Source: a virus
Taxonomy: Duplodnaviria > Caudoviricetes
DNA: 33,969 nucleotides
IMG/VR virus record: IMGVR_UViG_3300032248_000714
Location: 1-33,969 of that record
Strand: one strand, 5' to 3'
The notes under the pieces are model-generated. The model searched no databases, had not been told where the DNA came from, and worked only from the letters and a program-made list of their open reading frames with translations. Positions 27,483-33,969 of the stretch are shown here, piece by piece. Every line of letters begins with the position of its first letter. Position 1 is the stretch's first letter. The translations under genes and the position numbers were made by a program.

Positions 27483-30400
27483 CTAAAAAGAACCAGCGAT
27501 GTGGGAGTAAGGATCTTTGCCCATTCTTGGCGATCCTTTATACATAGTACTGTTCACTGGACCTTGAGCAACAGAACCAGCAGCAGATCTAAAGCTATTT
27601 ACCTGTTCATGCGAACCTGACATATGTATATTGTATGATGTTCCCGTATTGTATCCAGAGAACATAGAAGTTTGTGGCATTTGAGGACTTCTTAGTGGCA
27701 TCTGTTCATATGAAGATCCACCAGGAAGAAGAGGTGGTCCAGCTATTTCTGCCTCACCCCTTTCTTTATGTTTTGAATAAACTAAGCTGGCTCCAAATAA
27801 AGCAACTGCAGCAAAGGCTGTTTTTCTAGCTATTGGATTTTTTAAAAGTGCAGACTCACCTATTCTTTTATATGCTCCAGATTTAACTAATGTTTCTCCA
27901 CCCTTCTCCCCTAGGGCTACGGCTCTTTCGGCTTCATTAAGCGCAGAAGGAGCAAAGTTTATGGCACTACCCTTCATGGAAAGAGCAGCTTCCATTTCTG
28001 GAGTAAACGCTTTTGCATTTTCTGAAGCTAGATGTATTCGTCTAACTGTATCAGTCATATCTGAAGATAAATTAAGTTCTTCTACTGCTGTTTTACCTCC
28101 AGTTCTAGATACTTTGTATGCTTCCTTTATCGGATCTATTTCAGGCTCAAGCCCTTGCATTGTTCTATATCCATTAATGGTATCGTAAACTTGTGTTTGA
28201 ACATCTGCATTCGGCAATGCCGCAAACTCGTCATGCTGTCTTACAAGCTCACTTAATCCCTCTTGTCTATTATAGATAGCTCTAGCTCTTTCGTCTCTTC
28301 CAGCTTGAAATAAATTTATTAATTCATTTTCTGTTTCTCCAGTAGATGTTTTAAGGCTTGTTATACCTCTAGCGTTTCTGTCCGTAGCTTCTATTCTTTC
28401 TATATGAGATAAGACATCTCTTACTTCTATATTTTTTTCTTTTGCTACAGTCATTACAGCTTCGTGTACACTTCCTCCAATTTCTCTTAATCTCATTCCT
28501 TTTTGATATATAGCAAATTGAACTTCTTCTAAATTACCTTCAAAATCAGATGCATCTAGTAGTGCGCTACCGTGTTTATCTTTCAATGCTTTATATAGCT
28601 CAACTATATTTTGTGCAGCATCGTTTGCCTCTGAAGAGTATCTCATTTCACTTTGAAAAGGAATGACAATGTCGGTTCTAGCCATTCTACCAATTGACTT
28701 TGCTCTTGCTTCAGCTTGAGCACCTAATTGACCCTGTAAGTAGGCTCCTGCATATTTGCCCTCTTTTTTGCCTAGTATGCTTCTTATTCCAATTGCAATA
28801 TTTTCAGAAGTACCTTTAACTGTTTTTTGCCAATTCTCGGCAAAGTCGATAGCTTCTTGAGGAGCTTTTGTAAAGTCATCGCCAAATTGCTTTGTAAAAT
28901 GATTAATATATTCATCTGCAAACCTTACTGCATCTTCACCCTTAAGCCTTTGCCTAGCAATCATGAAGTCTATTCCTAGCAAATTGTCTGGATCGCCTTG
29001 CATCCCATACCTATAGACATTAGCATTTATTTCTGCCATCATCCTAGCTGCAGTTTCTGTAGACTCTTGACCAATTATATCTAACAGTTTTGCGGGCTGT
29101 CCTGCTGCTAATGCTGCTAATCTCTTATCTTCTATTCTTTGTAAGTAACTACTAATGCCTGATATATCAGATTCTGTATATCCAGCATTGCTAGCTTTGT
29201 AATGTTTTATTATTTGATCGCTATCAAGACCTTGTTGGGTGGTTAGGTTAACCGTTAAGTCAACTGCTTCTGAAGGTGAGATTAAACCAACCCTATGTTT
29301 ACCCATTATTTCAGCAGTTATTCCCGGTTGCTTTTGTTCTAGTCTTTCTAAAATATCTTCAGCTTGACGAGTTGGAGCAGAAGATACCGTTAACCTATTC
29401 ATGTACATGCCAATGGAATCTGCCATTTCTGCGGTTTTTCTAGATTTTAGCATATATTCTGTTTCTAGTGAGGAATGTAAAAATTGTTTTAATTGCCCAC
29501 TAGTTTCTGGACTGTCGTATATCTTGCCTATGCGTTGAAGTAAATTTTCGCTTTCTAATTCTGGTTTTAGTAAATTTTGTTTTTGAGTAGAAGTTAATAA
29601 ATTTGATTCAGTTATGCGGGCTATGGTTTCTTCTTCTAAATTATATGCACCTTTTTTATTTGGGAATAGGGTAAATAAATTTCCTTGATTATATTGAGGA
29701 ACTAAATATCCATCAGACAAACCTGCATCTATTAAAGTTTTTAGGGACTTACTGTCCATTGATAATGTGGTAGCGTATTCTTTTCCTCGTAATTGTTTTA
29801 ATATATCAGAGGTTATTGTTTGTGATTGATAAATCCCTTTTGCTTCTGCCGACCTCATTCCGGAGATTAGTGCATCGTGAACCCCTTGGTCACTATGATC
29901 CATTAATCTATTATTGTATAAATTAATTTGACTTTCTGAAAGCTTTTCTGCTGAAATGATTTCATGCAAAAGTTTTTGAGTGGCATTACCGTGTTCTGAT
30001 TTTGCTACATTTCCTAATTCTTCAACTAACGCCGTATTTTTTCCGTATGTCGCTCTTAATGTTTCAGTATCTCTAAGTTCAGCGTTTGCTATAGCATACT
30101 CGTTGGGACCAGTTGGTTGACGAAATGTAAAAAATGATAATCTTTCGTTTATTGAATTGGTTTCTTTATTATATGTTTTCAATACTCTCATGCTAGAAAC
30201 AACATCATCGTCATGGTCATAGGTGCCAAAAGAAAAGTGAAATATGTTAGAAGCATCTGCGCTAGTTATTACTTGTCCATCACGAACTTTAAAATTAAGC
30301 AGTCCAGTTGCCGTAGTACTATCTGCTGATAAGTTAAATTTACTTACATTCTCCATGTAAGTAGTTTCAAGGGGTAGTGCACCGCCTCCTAAAGCAGTTT

Positions 30401-32270
30401 TAGCTCTTCTGCCATTGTAGTATGCAACATCTGTATTAATACCAAAACGATATGTATCTTCCATTATTGGTTGCACTAAACCATCTTTAGGTCGAACTAA
30501 TTGAGATTGAACATAGTTCATTAAATAGTTAGACATTTGAGGATTAGATCTAATGTCCGTACCAGCCATCAGTGATCTTTTCAATTCCTCTGCAAAGAAT
30601 TTAGACCTTTCTGCTGTAGCCCTAAACTCAGAAGGAACAGCAGCAAGATCCTTTTCTGCATCTGCAAAAATTTGAATTCTTAATTCTTTATTAAAAACAT
30701 TGGTATTTATGCTTTCTTCATAGGATTGCAAAATTCTTTCTGCCCTCAATCTATTTGCCTGTAAAGTTTCTGGGTTAGAAAATATTTCACCATGAAATGC
30801 AGGAGCTAAAGGATCTAGATAAACTCCGTCTTTAGCACTGCCTTGCAAAACTATATTAATTGAATCTGTTCTTCCCATTATGGAAGCTTCCGTCTTAACG
30901 TTTGCCTTACTTGTTATAAGAGTATAACGATCTAATGAGTCCTTAAATGAAGCTTCATTGACAACACCCTTTATTTCAAATGCTTTTCCATCTTGATTAT
31001 AAAATGCTGTTATTGTATTTGCGTGAATTCCATCTTGTAAATTTGAAATATCTGATTCTATTATTTTTAATCTAGTAAAATCTTCTTCTGTTAACGCGCC
31101 TTTTAATTTGATTGTATTTTTTTCATTTTTTAATTGTGCTATGTATTCATTTTTTTTATTGACGTTAATTAACAATGAACCATCAGATGGCCTTTTAAAG
31201 GATTCCATTATTTCATCATATAAAGCTTTATCATTAGGATTTAGCGAATCAGGGTTTTTAGTTCTTATTGCATCCATTACTTCTTGTTTATGGATTTTAA
31301 TTTGTCCAGAATCAGGAGAAGATATAACTCCAAGTCTTTCCATTGTACTTCTTGCTCCAGTAAAAGATGGACTATCGCCATACAATGCAAGTTTTTCTTG
31401 ATCTGCGCCAAAAGTTTTTTCTACTATTTCTGTTGCAAGTGATCTATTATTGAGTTTAATTCCTTCGCTTAAACCATTGTAAGAATCAACATATTTTGAC
31501 ATTAAATTAGATAAATCTGATTCATAATCAACAACAAGAGTAGATTCAGCTAAAGATTTTCCACCCAATATATCATTTAGTGTACTTCCTGTCATTGTGC
31601 TGGGCTTAAGTGAAATTGCACCTTTAATTCTTTTTCCTGTTTTTTCAAACAGTTTAGTTAAAGAACCTTTCTGTAAAGCTTCTGATATATCTGTACTAGA
31701 AATAAAACCACCTAAAGAATTACCTGTTGGCGCATTTGTCGTGTACAATAATCTACTTATTTCCATAGTGGTTAATTCTGTATCTTCTTGTCCTTTGATA
31801 AATGCTCTAATATAAGTAGAACTATCCCCATCTCCAAAAACAAAACCCTTATCTTTATAGCCTTCTAATATATTTTTAGAAAGCTGTTTTTTTCCCATTG
31901 GAGTTTTTTGAGTACCAACAGTAAAAAATAAATCATTTACATCAGCTATTCCAAAGCTGGCACGTAAATCCGCATCTTTAGATAAAACATCTTTTGCACT
32001 TGCTAATCTTTCCCCAAAACCTTGTAATCCTCTTTGATTATTTATTCCTTCTATTTTAGACCATTGAGTTATTCCAGACTCACCAGCTTTTTGAAAAGCA
32101 TCTGCTGCACTTTCATAAACTTTTCCAGTGGAATTAACCCTAAATTTAACTCTACCTTCTTCCACTACAGTTTCTATTAAATTAGCATTGCCGTACATAG
32201 TGGTTTTTAGTGCATTGCGCGTCATGCCTAAGTATTCTGCTGATATATATGTAGGATTAAAATTTACCAT
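27483..32270 (-). CDS. Putative single-subunit two-barrel (double-psi beta-barrel) RNA polymerase, probably virion-packaged (1595 aa)
   Basis: Ordered motifs SDGSLLI (D363), IKGVV (K434), LITSKANVK (K459), YDHDDD (D685-D689), FRQPTG (R717), IGMYMN (~953), SEAVD (~1000); C-terminal hydrophobic helix TAFAAVALFGASLVY. The CDS itself is secure; the function is a motif-based inference. Confidence 0.6.
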   Translation of the reverse strand: MVNFNPTYISAEYLGMTRNALKTTMYGNANLIETVVEEGRVKFRVNSTGKVYESAADAFQKAGESGITQWSKIEGINNQRGLQGFGERLASAKDVLSKDADLRASFGIADVNDLFFTVGTQKTPMGKKQLSKNILEGYKDKGFVFGDGDSSTYIRAFIKGQEDTELTTMEISRLLYTTNAPTGNSLGGFISSTDISEALQKGSLTKLFEKTGKRIKGAISLKPSTMTGSTLNDILGGKSLAESTLVVDYESDLSNLMSKYVDSYNGLSEGIKLNNRSLATEIVEKTFGADQEKLALYGDSPSFTGARSTMERLGVISSPDSGQIKIHKQEVMDAIRTKNPDSLNPNDKALYDEIMESFKRPSDGSLLINVNKKNEYIAQLKNEKNTIKLKGALTEEDFTRLKIIESDISNLQDGIHANTITAFYNQDGKAFEIKGVVNEASFKDSLDRYTLITSKANVKTEASIMGRTDSINIVLQGSAKDGVYLDPLAPAFHGEIFSNPETLQANRLRAERILQSYEESINTNVFNKELRIQIFADAEKDLAAVPSEFRATAERSKFFAEELKRSLMAGTDIRSNPQMSNYLMNYVQSQLVRPKDGLVQPIMEDTYRFGINTDVAYYNGRRAKTALGGGALPLETTYMENVSKFNLSADSTTATGLLNFKVRDGQVITSADASNIFHFSFGTYDHDDDVVSSMRVLKTYNKETNSINERLSFFTFRQPTGPNEYAIANAELRDTETLRATYGKNTALVEELGNVAKSEHGNATQKLLHEIISAEKLSESQINLYNNRLMDHSDQGVHDALISGMRSAEAKGIYQSQTITSDILKQLRGKEYATTLSMDSKSLKTLIDAGLSDGYLVPQYNQGNLFTLFPNKKGAYNLEEETIARITESNLLTSTQKQNLLKPELESENLLQRIGKIYDSPETSGQLKQFLHSSLETEYMLKSRKTAEMADSIGMYMNRLTVSSAPTRQAEDILERLEQKQPGITAEIMGKHRVGLISPSEAVDLTVNLTTQQGLDSDQIIKHYKASNAGYTESDISGISSYLQRIEDKRLAALAAGQPAKLLDIIGQESTETAARMMAEINANVYRYGMQGDPDNLLGIDFMIARQRLKGEDAVRFADEYINHFTKQFGDDFTKAPQEAIDFAENWQKTVKGTSENIAIGIRSILGKKEGKYAGAYLQGQLGAQAEARAKSIGRMARTDIVIPFQSEMRYSSEANDAAQNIVELYKALKDKHGSALLDASDFEGNLEEVQFAIYQKGMRLREIGGSVHEAVMTVAKEKNIEVRDVLSHIERIEATDRNARGITSLKTSTGETENELINLFQAGRDERARAIYNRQEGLSELVRQHDEFAALPNADVQTQVYDTINGYRTMQGLEPEIDPIKEAYKVSRTGGKTAVEELNLSSDMTDTVRRIHLASENAKAFTPEMEAALSMKGSAINFAPSALNEAERAVALGEKGGETLVKSGAYKRIGESALLKNPIARKTAFAAVALFGASLVYSKHKERGEAEIAGPPLLPGGSSYEQMPLRSPQMPQTSMFSGYNTGTSYNIHMSGSHEQVNSFRSAAGSVAQGPVNSTMYKGSPRMGKDPYSHIAGSF

Positions 32271-32274
32271 TTTA

Positions 32275-33969
32275 TTACATTACTCCTGCACGAATATTCA
32301 TTGAATTAGAACCATACGGATTTGCCGATTTATTTACACTTCCAGAAATTCCCATTTTAGACATCATTATTCTTAGTTGAGCAGCTGTGTCTTGGCTATT
32401 GCCATGCTTAAAGAAAGATGGATAAGAAGGATTGGTTAAATTAGCTTCTCTAACCTGTTGTGGATAGTAACCCATTTGAGACATATCCAGACCCATTGAT
32501 TGACCTGTTTTAATTTTAACTTGATCCATATCGGTAGTAGGCTGCCAACCTTCCCACTGGCTATCTGGAAGCTCATGTTCCGAAAAGTAATCTTGAAGTT
32601 CTGGTTTTTTCTCAACCTTCATTCCCCAAGCTGATTCATAAATTCTTCTTTCAAGTCTTCCAGCAGTTGACAGTATACTTGGTCTATCACTTTCGGGTGC
32701 ATTGATCATTGCTCTAAAATGTTCTCTTTTTCTTTTAGGAATAGCTAGAGATAAAGTTTCTAAAGAACCATTATCTAAGTCTGCTCCATACATAGTTCTT
32801 TTAGCTGCATTTTCAAAACTCATTGCAGATCTAACGTCACCTTCTTGTTTAGCCTGATTAGCAAGATGAGTGTTCTTAACATAAGATAACATGTCTGTAT
32901 ATTCTTCTAATGCTATTTCTTTTTTTCTAGTCTTTGGCATAAATCGTTCACCAGTTAACATCTCGTGAGCGTTTCCTCTAACTGAAGCTCCAAAACCAAC
33001 CATGGCTCCAACCACAGTTCCCAAAGTTTTAGCTTTAACTGTTCTACCAAACATTGAACCAAATCCTGCTGTAGCTGTTGCTGCAACAAATGGATTTCTT
33101 TGTGTAGCTTTTTCTATAGTAGGTTTAACAAAGCTTGTATAAGGCTTCTGCCATTCAGGAAAAGTAGAACCATAAACATTTCTTCTTTCCCAATCTTCTG
33201 TGGCTGTTCTTTTTTGTAGAAATTTAGTATTAAAAAACGTATCTCTATGAGCAATATACTCACCTATTCTTGATATAGCATGTACGTTGGGATGTAGCGC
33301 TAATTCTTCTGGATTAGAACCTTTATATTTATATGGAGTAAAATTATATTTATGAGTAGTATCAGCTACTTGTTCTCTAATAGTTTTTACTTTTTCTCTT
33401 TCGCCTGGATCTAAAGAACCCATTTGAATTTGATTATTTAAAGATCTAAATTGAGTAGAATAAGGAGCTACATCGGCTAATATTCCTAATTGACTTATTT
33501 TGTCGTAATTACCCATTGAATCTTTAGATACATTATTGAATCTTTCGTATCCAATCCCAGGTAATCTTAATTCACCTTCCGAAACCTTAGTGTAAGGATC
33601 TCCTGTTCTAAAATTGGTAAAGTATTCAGGCCCTGGTAAGAAAGGATATTTTTGACCCATAGTATTTTGTATTGGGTTAATATATTCTGTATTAGATCTT
33701 TCTTTTGGAATAAATCTTCTTACAATTTCAGAAGCTTCAATATTACCTAATGCTCCCTGGCCCGCGAGCGGTACGTCTCCAAGCCCACCTAAATTTAAAT
33801 CCCAGAAAGATCTAGTAGATCCATATCCTTTTGCCGCTGATTGAAGCACTGCTCTCTTTGGATCTAAATCTTTTGAACCAAGTCCCAATGAACTTCTAAG
33901 ACTACTAAAACCAAATCCATAAATACCAGCCATTTCTTGAGCTCTATACCCAAGTTCACTTGACTGAAC
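32275..33969 (-). CDS. C-terminal part of a large hypothetical virion (tape-measure/ejection-like) protein, truncated by the right window edge
   Basis: The frame stays open beyond the ATG at 33933 to the edge (VQSSELGYRAQE-MAGIYG). Contains Gly/Ala-rich hydrophobic helices (FVAATATAGFGSMFG...TLGTVVGAMVGFGASV). Confidence 0.7.
   Translation of the reverse strand, partial: VQSSELGYRAQEMAGIYGFGFSSLRSSLGLGSKDLDPKRAVLQSAAKGYGSTRSFWDLNLGGLGDVPLAGQGALGNIEASEIVRRFIPKERSNTEYINPIQNTMGQKYPFLPGPEYFTNFRTGDPYTKVSEGELRLPGIGYERFNNVSKDSMGNYDKISQLGILADVAPYSTQFRSLNNQIQMGSLDPGEREKVKTIREQVADTTHKYNFTPYKYKGSNPEELALHPNVHAISRIGEYIAHRDTFFNTKFLQKRTATEDWERRNVYGSTFPEWQKPYTSFVKPTIEKATQRNPFVAATATAGFGSMFGRTVKAKTLGTVVGAMVGFGASVRGNAHEMLTGERFMPKTRKKEIALEEYTDMLSYVKNTHLANQAKQEGDVRSAMSFENAAKRTMYGADLDNGSLETLSLAIPKRKREHFRAMINAPESDRPSILSTAGRLERRIYESAWGMKVEKKPELQDYFSEHELPDSQWEGWQPTTDMDQVKIKTGQSMGLDMSQMGYYPQQVREANLTNPSYPSFFKHGNSQDTAAQLRIMMSKMGISGSVNKSANPYGSNSMNIRAGVM

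Noticed and set aside
4100-31815. Short plus-strand ORFs (4100, 7110, 7639, 10402, 13580, 18154, 25429, 27961, 31108, 31597)
   Set aside because: All are 61-112 aa, lie antisense within long minus-strand genes and show no recognisable motifs; they are shadow ORFs.
1-33969. Stop-codon reassignment (TAG or TGA read-through) as seen in some large phages
   Set aside because: Genes of up to 4016 aa are open in the standard bacterial code, TAG (8884) and TGA (11702) end genes normally, and the three breaks are frame changes rather than in-frame stops.
1-33969. tRNA genes, CRISPR arrays, introns/inteins, transposases
   Set aside because: The window is almost fully coding with gaps of 43 bp or less. 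I recognised no repeat-spacer pattern, cloverleaf, intein splice-junction motifs or transposase motifs.
1-33969. Assigning a specific host or phage genus
   Set aside because: The PG-binding, M15-like and SLT domains and a GAAAGG RBS hint at a monoderm (possibly actinobacterial) host, but nothing in the window is diagnostic without database searches.

Overview
AT-rich (roughly one-third GC by eye), gene-dense window with all real genes on the minus strand. It reads as the virion-morphogenesis (contractile tail/baseplate) module of a large, jumbo-type myophage. In transcription order: a truncated large protein; a 1595-aa protein with motifs of a single-subunit two-barrel RNA polymerase; a small basic protein; a 4016-aa baseplate-hub-like protein ending in a thermonuclease domain; a peptidase+lytic transglycosylase lysin; spike-like proteins; gp25-like and baseplate-J-like proteins; a metallophosphoesterase; and two large baseplate/tail proteins, the last with a peptidoglycan-binding domain and running off the left edge. 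Main observation 1: three genes are broken by a +1 frameshift at the same signal, in-frame CGG followed by A. My manual scan found no other in-frame CGG in about 11,000 codons, which suggests CGG(A)-triggered recoding, although a systematic sequencing error is not excluded. Main observation 2: the candidate virion-packaged RNA polymerase appears to have a circularly permuted catalytic barrel (DxDxD before RQPT). No tRNA, rRNA, CRISPR array or mobile element was recognised. All domain calls come from motifs read by eye, not from database searches.
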